Positions 50,806-64,000 of a stretch of DNA of 64,000 bases are shown here, piece after piece. Both the position numbers and the translations under genes were made by a program. The notes beneath the pieces were generated by a model. The model was not told where the DNA came from. It saw only the letters and a program-made list of their open reading frames with translations, and did no database searches. The DNA comes from Mobula hypostoma (taxonomy: Eukaryota), in NCBI RefSeq assembly GCF_963921235.1, contig NC_086108.1, positions 51,338,001 to 51,402,000 on the forward strand. The letters run 5' to 3'. Numbering within the stretch: the stretch's first letter is position 1; each line of letters opens with the position of its first letter.

Positions 50806-53800
50806 ATAAACAGATTGGCTGACAAGGAACGTTCAAAAAAGAGAACTAGGCAAATAAAAAGTAATACTGAGAACATGAATTGTAAAGAGCCCTTCTATAT
50901 GTTGTAAAATCAGTTCGGATAAGTGGTCATAACGGTTCCTGAATCTGGTGCTGTGGAACGAAGGACTCCCTACCTCCTGCCTGACGGTAGTCTTGACAAG
51001 AGAGCATGTTGGGGTGGGGGGTTTTGATGATGGGTGCTGCTTTCTTGTGGCAACTCTGCATGTAAATGTACTCAGTGCTGATGATTCAGTAAACCAATCA
51101 GAATTATAACTTGACTGACTTCCTGTTAGATTCACCACATTTAATGTTGTGCCCTTATGCTTGAAAATGGGCAATTTTTAAAAAATTGTTAACTTAGCAG
51201 CCTTAAAGGTGCCAGAACTACCACAATGCATTGTTTCTTAAATTAGTCTGGGATTTCTTCCTTTCATTTGCTGAAGACTTACTTAGAATCCTGATGTGTT
51301 TTCTTTTGGAAGGTAAGAAACTAATTCTACTCTATTTTGAACAGACCTTTATCAAGGAACAGTTTGTCCTTCTAGTAAATTTTAACCAGAGCAGCTTCCA
51401 CGTTTCTTAATTGTGTCCACCAGTGATAGCTCAGGTTTAATTCTCTGGCTGATTATTGTCACGGCCATAATAAATACTACAGAATGATAACAAAGGAAGT
51501 AAATTGAAAACATATACCGGGAACACCATTACTAATCATCCACAGTGATCCAGCAAGAAAATGCAAATTCACAAATAAGAATTGACTGTCATCTGGAAAT
51601 CACAGATCAACACTTTATTTAACACTGCACCTGACTTCACTTTCAAATCATCAAAATAAAAATTGCTTTGCTTGTTCAGCCAGTGACCAACCCACTGGTG
51701 CCAACTATGCAGCAGATTGAAAGAGTTAACAGGTACAGTACCACTCACACTGGGAGCAGGCCTGGATGGTATTGTCAGAAATGACAATAAAGCCAATGAG
51801 GGAGCTTAGAGTTAAAGCAAAGGACTGAAAACTGAAAGGAGAGAGAAGCTAATTAATCATTCTGCAAATATGGTTGAAATCATTACATTAATAAGTGAAG
51901 CAATCATTTTATAATTAGTTAAACACATTTTGCAGGACTACTTAGGTTTTTATTTAAACAGAATACAAAGAAGTATAACCGTTGGCATGAGACTAACAGG
52001 GCACATCACAGAAAGCAGCAACATCTGCAGATTATTTCACACATGAAGGAAGAACATTGGCATTTCCGTGTTACTTGATCTTCTTCACTTGTGAAATTAC
52101 ACATGCAGATTTCCCTGCGTTTTGTGACATTCTATACTTTTGTGTCTGGACATTCAGTCTATAGACAACCCATTATGTTCTATTATTGTGCGATTGAAAA
52201 AACAAAGAATGCTTTAGACTGAATTCTAAGCAATCTATTTTTGTTATGTGAACCATGAATCCTGAACTTATTAATGTAATTATTTCACCCTGCACCTTTT
52301 GTAGCATTACTAAGAGAGTGATATGTAGTGCAATGGTGAATGTGAGTAACTGGACCTCAGTTGTCATTTAATGAGAAAATTGAGGCTATCATCAGAAGTA
52401 ACCTATAAAATAGTAGTCTAAGTAACAAGATGTCAAAATAGGAATGGTCTCCGGTGTTAAGGCTGCACTTTGAAAATTTAATAACCTTTCAGCATCTATA
52501 TTTTTCCACTTATTCCCATAACTGAACTTCATCCCACTTCATTCAAAAATACAATTTTAAGGGAGTTGTTTTGCAGCAACTTAGCAAAATCACCACCCTT
52601 CATGTGCGATCAACTGTGACAAGCACAGATATTTTTCTAAAACGTTGGCCATCATCACAAAAAGGACGGATTACCAAACAGTGGAGGCTGTTTTAATTTT
52701 ATAAAATTCTGCAATGACAATGGAAAATATGAAAATACTCAGCAAATCAGATAGCATCTGCAGAGGTTAAGGAAATAAAGAATTCCTTCCTTCCCACCTT
52801 TCAGCTCCCCAAACATTATTAAATATGAAACAGACATTTATTTCTTCTGCTTTCAGCGCTTATAAAAATGGTCTATTTGACAATGAGGAGACAAAATACA
52901 AATAAAGTGAGTGCTTTATAGAATCATATAGTTTGCATGCAGGACTCTAAGCATTTAATTCTTCCATTCTGGCCTTCAATGTTGTTTCAATTGAGCTTGA
53001 TGAGGAAGAGATATAATTGGATCTTGGACTCAATACTGATTTCAACAATTTTGGATCATCAATAGTCTAGGATTTTTATTCAGGTTTCCACCATGCCTTC
53101 CAAATGTTTTTCAGTAATTTCAGATAATTTTATTCTCTTCAGGTTTTTTTTATTATCTTGCCCGGTCACCCTTCCTGTTGCTTACTCTCTCCTGCCCTTT
53201 TCTCTATGAACACACTGCATTTTGTGCTTCTCTCCCCTCTCTCACATGTCTGCAGCTTAGAGTATGTTTATCTCTCGTAACGATTTTCAGGCTTCCTAAG
53301 GCAGTGAATTTACATCCTGCATACCTCCTGTATGCCAGAGAGCAGGGTTGCCCATGGCTATTGTGCCTCAGAATAGTAACCCCTGATGCATCTGCTGCAC
53401 TCAAAGGTGGACAGTCAAGTCTGTGAGCTTCTTTCCAGTCTTCTCCTTGACACGTAATATTTGCCTGTCTTTCCTTTTGTGGAGGCCTTTTATGATACCT
53501 GTGTTTCTACCATCTGCATTCCTGAACAGCTATCTCCCTGTTGTCTACATTGATGCTCAGCACTTACAGGGCCTTCCATCTTATAATTGTCCTTGAAGTG
53601 CAGGCATCTAGTTGGCATTTTTTTCCTGAGCTAATTCTCTTTAAGAAGGTCTTTGGGAATGCTCCAGCCATTCCTTTGGTGAATATGCCCAAATCATCAA
53701 ATACATTCTATGCACTACTTTTCTATATTATTTTTTCCAACTCCAATGAAGGATCATTGGCTCGAAACAATATGCCTGTTTCTGTCTTTGCAGCTGCTGA

Positions 53801-54759
53801 GCATTCCAGCATTTGTTCTAAATAAGGAGGATGCAAAACAGATCTGACATTTGTATTGGGGCCTCCGTGAGGTATTGTCGACCATCAGCAATAGTGGAAA
53901 CGTACACGATCTGTAACGTCATTTTGCATTACTATCAAACCTATGGATTAACCTTATTTCAATGAGTGGTACAGAAGGACATGCTTGGAGCAGTGCAAGT
54001 TATGCTAAAGAGGTGCCAGCCTAGTGGAAGTGCAACAAAGGGCAACATGTGCACTAACCAGTACAAACAGCATGGAATACACAGAACTAGATGATCTCAT
54101 AATTAACTGGTTGGATTGAAAGTCTGTGGGACTACTATACCTAGTCATGAATGGGCACTTAAACTGCTTGCAGGAGAAGATTCTCAAATAAAATTTGTAT
54201 TGTCAGGGCTCATCATATGAATGCAAAAGACAAGAAGGAAACATTCATAATTGTATTCAGCCGGAAGTGTTGAGATGAATTCCTAATTCTTCTCCTGCAT
54301 CACAGGAGCCAATTCCCATCTTCTTCTATGAAATGTCAAAAACCATTCAAGAGCAATGACCATGGGACTAGAACCAGCATATCAGAGCTACAGTATCTGT
54401 ACCTCTAGACAGGCTGTTCCACTACAGTTAAAACTCTGGCATCTATCTGACAGTCTGATAAATTGCTCAAATGTGCTCTGTTCACAAATAAGCAGGATAA
54501 ATTCAATCTGGTTAATACTGCATAATCAATACACTGTGAATCTCTGCAAAATGATGACAGTGTTATGATTTGTATTATCCAGTAGTATTTACTCACTTAA
54601 TGACCATTGAGTAAAGCTCAGTTTGAGTTTTGACAGAAACACTCAGCTCCAAACTTCAGCACAGCCTTGGTCCAAACGTGGACCAGAGAGCTGAATTCCA
54701 GAGAGACTGAGCCTTTGATGTTAAGATAGCACTTGACTGAGTACATCTCAACATCTTAT

Positions 54760-55590
54760 ATATTTCTATCAGCTCATCTTCCAGCCTCCATATCTCCAGC
54801 GAAAACAGTGTAAGTTTGTCCAGTGTTTTCTGTTTGCCAATACATTCCTATCCAGGAAACATCATGGTATACATCTTCTGCACAGGAAGCCTCCACTATG
54901 TGGCAACCAGATCTACACACAATACTCCAAAAGTAGCCTAACTGAAGTTTTACGTAACATGACCCTGACTTTTATACTCAATGCTTTGACCGGTGAAGAC
55001 AAACTATCATATAACTTCTTTAGTAGCCAGTGCCCTCACTGATGACAGCAAGCATGCTATATGTCTCTTTTAAATTACTCTATCCATTTATGCTCCCAGT
55101 TTCAGGGAGCTCTGCACTTGCACCCCAACATCCGCTGGTACATTAATGTTCCTCAGGGTCCTGCCATTTATTGTGCATTTTCCTTTGACTTTTGACTTCC
55201 CTCTTGTCTGGGTTAAATGGCATCTGCTGAATCGGAGTCCAAATTTTCAACCATTGTATCACTTGATAACCTTCCTCACTTGCCACAAACTTTTGCTTAC
55301 TATTCAGAAGTTCTACATTTTCATCCAGATCATTTGTTCTAATCGCAATTAACAGAGTTCACAGCACTGATCCTTGTGGAACAGGACTGGTCACAGACCT
55401 CCACCACTGCAATGTATCTTCTATGACTAAGCCAATTTTGTATCCAACTTATGAACCCACCATGGATCTAATGTGATTTAATCTTCTGGACCAGCCTACC
55501 ATAATGCATCTTGTCAAATGCTTTCTTAGGTCCAGTAGACAACATCTACTGTCCTATCCTTGTCAATTATCTTCATAACATGCTCAAAAA
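54760..55590 (-). mobile_element. Old CR1 fragment (host of the 55591 insertion; resumes at about 57960-58020)
   Basis: Reverse-complement decayed CR1 RT (cttgtcaaatgctttc = KAFDK; cactgatccttgtggaac = VPQGSV). Confidence 0.7.
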
Positions 55591-57954
55591 GTGTGTCCAG
55601 GACGGATTCCTGTCACAGTATGTGGACAGGCTGACTAGGGGGAATGCCATACTAGATCTAGTACTAGGTAACAAACCGGGTCAGGTCACAGATCTCTCAG
55701 TGGGTGTGCATCTGGGGGACAGTGACCACCACTCCCTGGCCTTTAGCATTATCATGGAAAAAGATAGAATCAGAGAGGACAGGAAAATTTTTAATTGGGG
55801 AAGGGCAAGTTATGAGGCTATAAGGCTAGAACTTGCGGGTGTGAATTGGGATGATGTTTTTGCAGGGAAATGTACTATGGACATGGGTCGAGGTTTAGAG
55901 ATCTCTTGCAGGATGCTAGGGATAAATTTGTCCCGGTGAGGAAGATAAAGAATGGTAGGGTGAAGGAACCATGGATGACAAGTGAGGTGGAAAATCTAGT
56001 CAGGTGGAAGAAGGCAGCATACATGAGGTTTAGGAAGCAAGGATCAGATGGGTCTATTGAAGAATATAGGGAAGCAAGAAAGGAGCTTAAGAAGGGGCTG
56101 AGAAGAGCAAGAAGGGGGCATGAGAAGGTCTTGGCGAGTAGGGTAAAGGAAAACCCCAAGGCATTCTTCAATTATGTGAAGAATAAAAGGATGACAGGAG
56201 TGAAGGTAGGACCGATTAGAGATAAAGGTGGGGAGATGTGCCTGGAGGCTGTGGAAGTGAGCGAGGTCCTCAATGAATACTTCTCTTCGGTATTCACCAA
56301 TGAAAGAGAACTTGATGATGGTGAGGACAATATGAGTGAGGTTGATGTTCTGGGGCATGTTGATATTAAGGGAGAGGAGATATTGGAGTTGTTAAAATAC
56401 ATTAGGACGGATAAGTCCCCGGGGCCTGAGGGAATATTCCCTAGGCTGCTCCACGAGGTGAAGAGAGAGATTGCTGAGCCTCTGGCTAGGATCTTTATGT
56501 CCTCGTTGTCCACGGGAATGGTACCGGAGGATTGGAGGGAGGCGAATGTTGTCCCCTTGTTCAAAAAAGGTAATAGGTATAGTCCGGGTAATTATAGACC
56601 AGTGAGCCTTACATCAGTGGTGGGAAAGCTGTTGGAAAAGATTCTTAGAGATAGGATCTCTGGGCATTTAGAGAATCATGGTCTGATCAGGGACAGTCAG
56701 CATGGCTTTGGGAAGGGCAGATCGTGTCTAACGAGCCTGATAGAGTTCTTTGAGGAGGTGACCAGGCATATAGATGAGGGTAGTGCAGTGGATGTGATCT
56801 ATATGGATTTTAGAAAGGCATTTGACAAGGTTCCACATGGTAGGCTTATTCAGAAAGTCAGAAGGCATGGGATCCAGGGAAGTTTGGCCAGGTGGATTCA
56901 GAATTGGCTTGCCTGCAGAAGGCAGAGGGTCGTGGTGGAGAAAGTACATTCAGGTTGGAGGATTGTGACTAGTGGTGTCCCACAAGGGTCTGTTCTGGGA
57001 CCTCTACGTTTCGTGATTTTTATTAACGACCTGGATGTGGGAGTAGAAGGGTGGGTTGACAAATTTGCAGACGACACAAAGGTTGGTGGTGTTGTAGATA
57101 GTGTAGCGGATTGTCAAAGATTGCAGAGAGACAATGATAAGATGCAGAAGTGGGCTGAGAAGTGGCAGATGCAGTTCAACCTGGAGAAGTGTGAGGTGGT
57201 ACACTTTGGAAGGACAAACTCCAAGGCAGAGTACAAAGTAAATGGCAGGATACTTGGTAGTGTGGAGGAGCAGCGGGATCTGGGGGTACATGTCCCTGAT
57301 CCCTGAAAGTTGCCTCACAGGTGGATGGGGTAGTTAAGAAAGCTTATGGGGTGTTAGCTTTCATAAGTCGAGAGATAGAGTTTAAGAGTCGTGATATACT
57401 GATGCAGCTCTATAAAACTCTGGTTAGGCCACACTTGGAGTACCGTGCCCAGTTCTGGTCACCTCACTGTAGGAAGGATGTGGAAGCATTGGAAAGGGTA
57501 CAGATTTACCAGGATGGTGCCTGGTTTAGAGAGTATGTATTATGATCAGAGATTAAGAGAGCTAGGGCTTTACTCTTTGGAGAGAAGGAGGATGAGAGGA
57601 GACATGATAGAGGTGTACAAGATAATAAGAGGAATAGATAGAGTGGATAGCCAGCACGTCTTCCCCAGGGCACCACTGCTCAGTACAAGAGGACATGGCT
57701 TTAAGGTAAGGGGTGGGAAGTTCAAGGGGGAAATTAGAGGAAGGTTTTTTACTCAGAGAGTGGTTGGTGCATGGAATGCACTGCCTGAGTCAGTGGTGGA
57801 GGCAGATACACTCGTGAAGTTTAAGAGACTACTAGACGGGTATATGGAGGAATTTAAGGTGGGGGCTGATATGGGAGGCAGCGTTTGAGGGTCTGCACAA
57901 CATTATGGGCCGAAGGGCCTGTACTGTGCTGTACTATTCTATGTTCTATGTTCT
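55591..57954 (+). mobile_element. 5'-truncated CR1 LINE, long ORF2 segments
   Basis: 478-aa ORF with KSPGPE, QHGF..SCLTSLIEFFE, KAFDKVPH, GVPQGSVLGP, KFADDTK; (TTCTATG)n tail. Confidence 0.95.
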
Positions 57955-58077
57955 AAAATAAATTTGTGACAGTACTTCCCCCACACCAAGTCATGATGAC
58001 TACCCCTACTTAATCCATGCTTTTCTATATGTGAAAAAATATCTTGTCTTTATGAATCTGCTCCAAAAACTGTATAA

Positions 58078-58265
58078 GGGGCCAGCTGGAGGTGCAGTGG
58101 CATCAGCACTGGACTTTGAAGCGGATGGTCCTGATTTCAAATTCAGCTGGGTCTCAACCTCGGCAGCAGCAGTATCTGCACAGAAGCAAGGCCTGGCAGT
58201 CTACTTGCATATCTTGCCACAAAATGAGTCATGAGTCGACGACGACTTGACAGTATTCATCAACA
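58078..58265 (+). mobile_element. tRNA-head SINE with RTE-like tail
   Basis: A-box-like TGGAGGTGCAGTGG, B-box-like GATTTCAAATTC, 3' gtcatgagtcgacgacgacttgacag..caacaa resembling RTE/BovB-type 3' ends. Confidence 0.65.
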
Positions 58266-58271
58266 AGATGT

Positions 58272-58725
58272 AAGTACTACTATTTCGTCAACTCAGGCCT
58301 AGGGGGCTGGCATCGGGGACGATGACGGACTCTCCACTTCTTCCTCTCCCTCATCAGTGTGTTTAGTTCATCTACATTAGCCGTGCTACTGTGTTCTCGG
58401 AGCGTGTTGACCATAGTCTTGGGAGGGCGCCCAGGGTTCATCCTCCCATGCTTGGGTTCCCATATGATGACTAGGCTGGCAGGTAGCTCGGGGTGGCGTA
58501 GACAGTGCCCCGCTAGTTGCAGTCTCCTTGACTGGATTTTAGTGGTGAGCATCGGTAGGTCGTTATGGAGCTCAACGTTTGTCATGTGCTGTTGCCAACT
58601 CACGTCAAGAGCCATCCGCAGCATTCCTGTATAGCAACCATCTAGAGACTTTCACATAGTCTTGGTGAGTGTCCACGTCTCGCATCCGTACGTGAGAATG
58701 GACTCTATGACTGCTATGAAAATCC
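58272..58725 (-). mobile_element. RTE/RTE-X LINE 3' end
   Basis: ESILTYGCETWTLT..LDGCYT.MLRMALDVSWQQHMTN..RRLQLAGHCLRHPE..GRP; (TAG)n-like tail. Confidence 0.85.
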
Positions 58726-59207
58726 TATGATTTAAGGGTTAATAATAATCAGGGTTTGACAATAATTTCTCTGCTATATAATGAACAGATTGTTACTTGC
58801 AGTAATCTTCAGGGAAGTGTAGGAATCATGAATGAATTTCATATCTGGAACTATTTGCTGTGATGCCTTACTTCATAGAAATATTAACTCACAGGACCCC
58901 AGAACTGGTATTTTTGGGTTTAAGCAAAATGAAAAGGCCCCATTTAAAATTTTGTCAATATGTTTTGTCTGCTGATATCTCTTGAAAAGAAGATCAAGTT
59001 CTTCTGCACAAATTGTCAACTTTTCTCTAGTATAATCCAATTAAATTTAGCTGGAACAAATCAGTTGACAAAACAATAAAGTATTATCTTTACTTACAAA
59101 TACCAATGAAGAAATCAGTGCTGCAGTTTTTATCAGATGCATTCTAACACTGCTTAGCAGCAATATTTAAGAATTATTTACATATGATGTTGTATATGAT
59201 GTTGTCA

Positions 59208-59362
59208 TTTAAAGTTAAATTGGATAGATATATGGACAGGAAAGGAATGGAGGGTTATGGGCTGAGTGCAGGTTGGTGGGACTAGGTGAGAGTAAGAGTT
59301 CGGCATGGACTAGAAGGGCCGAGATGGCCTGTTTCCGTGCTGTAATTGTTATACGGTTATAT
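59208..59362 (+). mobile_element. Very short CR1 3' end, same subfamily as the 19790 element
   Basis: Near-identical reverse complement of 19800-19950, including the tail gttatacggttatat. Confidence 0.88.
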
Positions 59363-60122
59363 AAGAACAGGCATGGAATGGAAAGACCTGTGCAGGCAGA
59401 TGGAAATAGTGTGACTCCATGGTTGAAGAGCCTATTCATGCACTCTACTGTTCTATGTTTTATGTCCTTGATCTCCACCAGTCTACAGCTAGATACATGA
59501 TCTTTCAGTGGTCTTCGGGCTTAAGACATTATTGACATTATTGACTGAAAACCTATATCATAACAATGCCAAATCTTTAAAATATGATTTGAAATCCTGG
59601 AAATGGGGTTGCATTATGGAAAGCCAATACCAAGTTTTCTTATCCTATGAATGAAACATATCATCACTATGCTTGAAACGGTGCAGGAAGAATATTAAAA
59701 TCTACCACTCACTCAAATAACAAAGTATCCCATCAACCCTGGTCCTTCCTTCCTTCTATCCTGCTTTGGAAAAACTGATGGCTGTCATTGAAAATGCTCC
59801 AGTTTTTCTGTATACAGTCCAATAAGCACACGCAGAATATCAATGTGAAATTTACCACTCCTTTTCCTGCACTGTGGAATCTTTCCTGGCAGTGTCATGC
59901 ATTCGAACCCTTTCTCTTGTCTGCCAAACTTTGAAGGAAAGTTAATCATCATTTCTTGACCAGTGGCTGTAAGCCATATGGTGGCATAAAAGGGCAAGAA
60001 ATTCACAAGTTCTCCATAGATATACAAGGGAACTTTTTACACTAGCTGTAAGTTTCACATACAAGGATTCCTTGATTTCTCTGTAATACAATTGACCTCT
60101 TAGAGTGTGTATCATCAAGTTA

Positions 60123-61105
60123 TGGGGTGTGTGCTTAGCCCACTGCTCTACTCTCTATATACCCATGACTGTGTGGCTAGGCATAGCTCAAATACCATCT
60201 ATAAATTTGCTGACGATACAACCATTGTGGGTAGAATCTCAGGTTGTGACGAGAGGGCATACAGGAGTGAGGTATGCCAACTAGTGGAGCAACAACCTGG
60301 CACTCACCATCTGTAAGACAAAAGAACTGATTGTGGACTTCAGGAAGGGTAAGACAAAGAAATACATACCATTCCTCATAGAGGGATCAGAAGTGGAGAG
60401 AGTGTACAGTTTCAAGTTCCTATGTGTCAAGATCTCTGAGGATCTAACTTGGTCCCAACATATCAATGTAGTTATAAAGAAGGCAAGACAGCGACTGTAC
60501 TTTATTAGGAGTTTGAAGAGATTTGGCATGTCAACAAATACACTCGAAAACTTCTATAGATGTACCGTGGAGAGCATTCTGACAGGCTGCATCACTGTCT
60601 GGTATGGAGGGGCTACTGCACAGGACCGAAAGAAGTTATAGAGGGTTGTAAATTTAGTTGGCTCCATCTTGGGTACTAGCCTACAAAAAGTACACAGGAC
60701 ATCTTCAAGGAGCGGTGTCTCAGAAAGGCGGCATCCATTATTAAGGACCCTCAACACCCAGGGCATGCCCTTTCCTCACTGTTACCATCAGGTAGGAGGT
60801 ACAGAAGCCTGAAGGCACACACTCAGCAATTCAGGAACAGTTTCTTCCCCTCGGCCATCCGATTCCTAAATGGACTTTGAAGCCTTGGACACTATCTCAC
60901 TTTTTAAAAAATATATATATATTATTTCTGTTTTTTGCACGAGTTTAACCTATTCAATATATGTATACTGTATAAAGTATATTGAATAAGATTTGCTTAT
61001 TTATTTATTATTATTATTATTTTATATTTTTCTTCTATATTATGTATTTTATTGAACTGCTGCTGCTAAGTTAACAAATTTCACATCACATGCTGGTGGT
61101 AATGA
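60123..61105 (+). mobile_element. 5'-truncated Rex/Babar LINE
   Basis: GCVLSPLLYSLYTHDC, YKFADDTT, KARQRLYF, ESILTGCITVWYG, LPSGRRYRS; 3' UTR present. Confidence 0.92.
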
Positions 61106-61539
61106 AGCCTTTTCACAATACCAAACAACACTAATGTTATCAGAAAGAGAGAGAGATTGTTCTTTAGTAATAACCGGTTTTTGAAATTGTGGGCAGAGCT
61201 GTGCTAACTAGTGTTACTATTGCTGCTAACAAACAACACTATCCATGACACTAACGGCTGCACTGTATAGGCTTACAGAAAAGATTAACATAGCACCAAC
61301 TGAAACAAGTAACAGTATATGGATATAATTGACTATTGACTCAACTGGCTCTTGGAAATAGACCTCTATCGGTTGTAACAGAACGTTATTCCTGGAAGTG
61401 CATTTTTAAGCGGGCTGCAATTATCACGAGCTGTTGTTTGTTTGACAAAAGCAGCGCAAGGTTTAAAAAGAGCTCAGAGCCTTTCGAGACTTTTCGGTGA
61501 GTGCAATTGTAACGATCTCTTAGGACCTCGGCTAAGGCC

Positions 61540-62132
61540 AATCAGAAGAAGTGAGGTGTAAGTGGAGTAGCCATTGTTGGAGTGGACAGTATTTGAGTGG
61601 TCAGGCTTGGCCAAGAATAGCCAGGGGCTCTATTTAAGTTTCCAGTAAATTTATTTTCTCTTTCTTTCTTAATTGGTACATAGCTCGTGCAGTGAGAATG
61701 CGTCCAGAGTTAGTGGTCTGCTCTTTGTGTGAGATGTGAGAACTTTGGGAGACCGCCAGTCTCGTTCACAGCTACATCGACACAAAGAGCACTGAGCTGC
61801 AGCTTGTTAGAGACCATGTTAAGGAACTGGAATTGCAGCTCACTGACCTTTGTCTCAAATGGGGGAATGAGGAGGTGATGGAAGGTAGTCATCCCTGAGT
61901 TGGAGGAGGCAGGTGGCTGAGTGACTGTCAAGAGGGGAAGAGGGAATAGGCAGCCAGGGCAGAGGACTCCTGTGGTCATTACCCTCAATAATAAGCACAC
62001 CGCTGTGGATACTGCTGGGGAGGACAACCTACCAGGGGAAAGCCACAGTGTCAGGGTCTCTGGCATTAGGTCTGGCTCTGTGGCTCAGAAGGAAAGAGAG
62101 GGAGAAGGGGAGTGCGAGTGCAGTAGTGATAG
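61540..62132 (+). mobile_element. Decayed CR1 5' UTR and ORF1
   Basis: ATG at 61698 gives MRPELVVCSLCEM*EL..ELQLVRDHVKELELQL; later TPVVITLNNKHTAVDT..AQKE..AVVI, parallel to ORF 24008-24709. Confidence 0.8.
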
Positions 62133-63846
62133 ACACCTTCCCGACTGGTATCCCTTGCCATCGATGACCACAGCTTTCTAGCTGCAGCAATCTTTATTTA
62201 AACAGCCCTCCGGAACACATACAACCTGGTCCACGTTGGGAGGGGGGGGGCAGGAGTTGATGAATGGAAGTCTGCTTTTAACAGCCCCACTGGCCACTAT
62301 GCGATGCCGTTTGGTGTCATTAATAACCCTGCAGTGCTCAAGGCCCTTATCAATGACGTTCTCCGAGAGATGCTAAATCACTTTGTCAACATGCACCTGG
62401 ATAATAAACTCATCCTCTCCAAGACCTACCACAAACACATCAAACATGTTCGACGGGTCCTTCAATGTTTACTCCAGAACCAACTAATCATGAAGCTGGA
62501 GAACAGTCTCCTTCCTCAGGTTTACTGTCTCTAAGGGGAATCTGTCAAGGGTTCCCAACCTGGGGCCCGCAGACCCATTAGTTAATAGTAAGGGTCTATG
62601 GCATAAAATATGTTGTGAACTCGACCAGGACACAAGCATCAGGGATTAGCCACAACCCACCATGATCAAGTAGCTCCAGCGGTTTCTGGGATTCATAAGT
62701 TTTTCCTGGAGATTCTTTCCACTACAGCGCCCCTTACTGCTCTGAACAAGGGAACCTCTGGCCCATTTCACTGGACCCCAGAAGCTGAGGTAGCTTTCCA
62801 GGAATTGAAGCGTAGCTTCACAACAGCTGCTGTCCTCTTTCTCCCTGACACAGAGATGCCATTCAGCATTGAAGTGGACTGGGCAGGGTAGCTCATCACG
62901 AGCTGTGTCACAATCTATGGATGTGTCTGCCTTTGAGTGTCAGTTTGGTTATCTCCCCCCTCTATTTCCCGAGCAGGAGTCTGAAGTGGGAGACCCATCT
63001 GTTGAACAGCTGGTTTGTCATTGCCGGCAGAAGTGGGAGAAAGCTTGGACAGCTCTGCTGAAGGCCTCTCTGCAGCAACAGTGGCATGCCAACCATCAAA
63101 GGCAGCTGGGGCCTTTGTTTCATCATGGTCAAAGGTCTGGCTCCTTATCAAAGATCTTCCACTGCGGGCTGAGTCTCGGAAACTGATGTCATGCTACTTT
63201 GGACTGTTCAAGTTTCTCTGTCACTTACTGTGTCCAGTTGCCATGCGCCATGTTTATCAACCCAACCATCTATGTCTCCCATTTAAAATTCCTTTGGTGC
63301 AGTCCACTGACAACTGTCCCCAGACTGCCTCCAGCTTATCACATCATTGACAGTCAGCTGGCGTAGACCGGCCGTTGGTGTGGTTGGTGGCTGGCTCCAG
63401 TACCTGGTGGAGAGGGAGGGTTACAGCCCAGGGGAAAAGTCGTGGGTTCCCTGCTGTAACATCCTGGTCCCGGTCCACTGTCACCACCTGGACCGTCCTG
63501 GGCCGTCAGGTGCTTGCCGGAGGGCGGAAGGTTGCTGTCATGCTTCTGACTGATCACCAGGGGGTGCGAGAGTCCTCCAGATTCTGATGTTCCTCCTCCC
63601 TGATTACTAGTTGATTATTCCTACTTGTGTCTCATTTCAGTTATCAGTGCCCCTGGGCCTTGTTAAGTTTCTCTGTTTAAGTTCCCTCTGTGTTGTTTGC
63701 CTTTGCTTAGTCTTGTGTTTACCTACACTGTGTGCAGTGATTCTTGAGTTCCCTACAAAGCAATCTGCAAGTGAAGATTCTTTATTCAACTCCATCATTG
63801 TCCCTGGTCTCCTCTGCACCAATATTCCCTCTAATTTGTAATGACC
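62133..63846 (+). mobile_element. Decayed chromodomain Ty3/gypsy retrotransposon: RT, RNase H, integrase end, chromodomain, probable 3' LTR from about 63537
   Basis: [71 protein letters not shown]; purine tract then TGTCA. Confidence 0.85.
62546..62624. mobile_element. About 80-bp hAT-type MITE inside gypsy pol
   Basis: caagggttcccaacctgggg...ggtctatggcataaaatatgttgtgaactc; reverse-complement relative of 46663-46741. Confidence 0.65.
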
Positions 63847-64000
63847 AGTGTGCACGAAAATCTTGTGCTGTGCAATTTTTTGCCCGGTGACAACAATGTG
63901 TGTGCACTGAATACTGTCTTCAATAAAAACAGTATAAATAAGCCAGTTCTACAATCTATAGATAGATCATTGCAAACTTCACATTGTCAACACTATCTGC

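Noticed and set aside
53740..53820. Further hammerhead-like remnants (also near 8850 and 25110-25156)
   Set aside because: Core boxes are too degenerate to call; old Penelope termini at best
58078..58155. tRNA gene
   Set aside because: Degenerate boxes, no convincing cloverleaf, and it continues into a SINE body and tail
63846..64000. Possible DNA-transposon terminus at the window end
   Set aside because: The other end and any TSD are outside the window, so it cannot be supported

Overview
Eukaryotic, transposon-dominated DNA. The mix of repeat families (many CR1 subfamilies, Rex/Babar, RTE, L1, Penelope, chromodomain Ty3/gypsy, Tigger, Harbinger, hAT, Chapaev-like) suggests intronic or intergenic DNA of a cartilaginous fish, probably a ray; the taxon is inference. 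I recognise no host protein-coding gene, rRNA, tRNA gene or CRISPR array. Essentially every protein-like ORF in the track is a transposable-element fragment or its antisense shadow. The most notable structures are: several multi-layer nested insertions; minimal hammerhead-ribozyme motifs in Penelope termini; a TSD-flanked palindromic Penelope derivative; a HERO/NeSL-type retroposon reduced to its two ends and sitting inside a Chapaev-like DNA transposon; a young Harbinger MITE with TTA TSD; two L1 insertions with 20-bp TSDs; and three CR1 ORF1 regions that are all interrupted. Family names come from remembered protein and terminal motifs, not database searches. Boundaries without a TSD or TIR are approximate. 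I did not find a convincing wholly new biological system.
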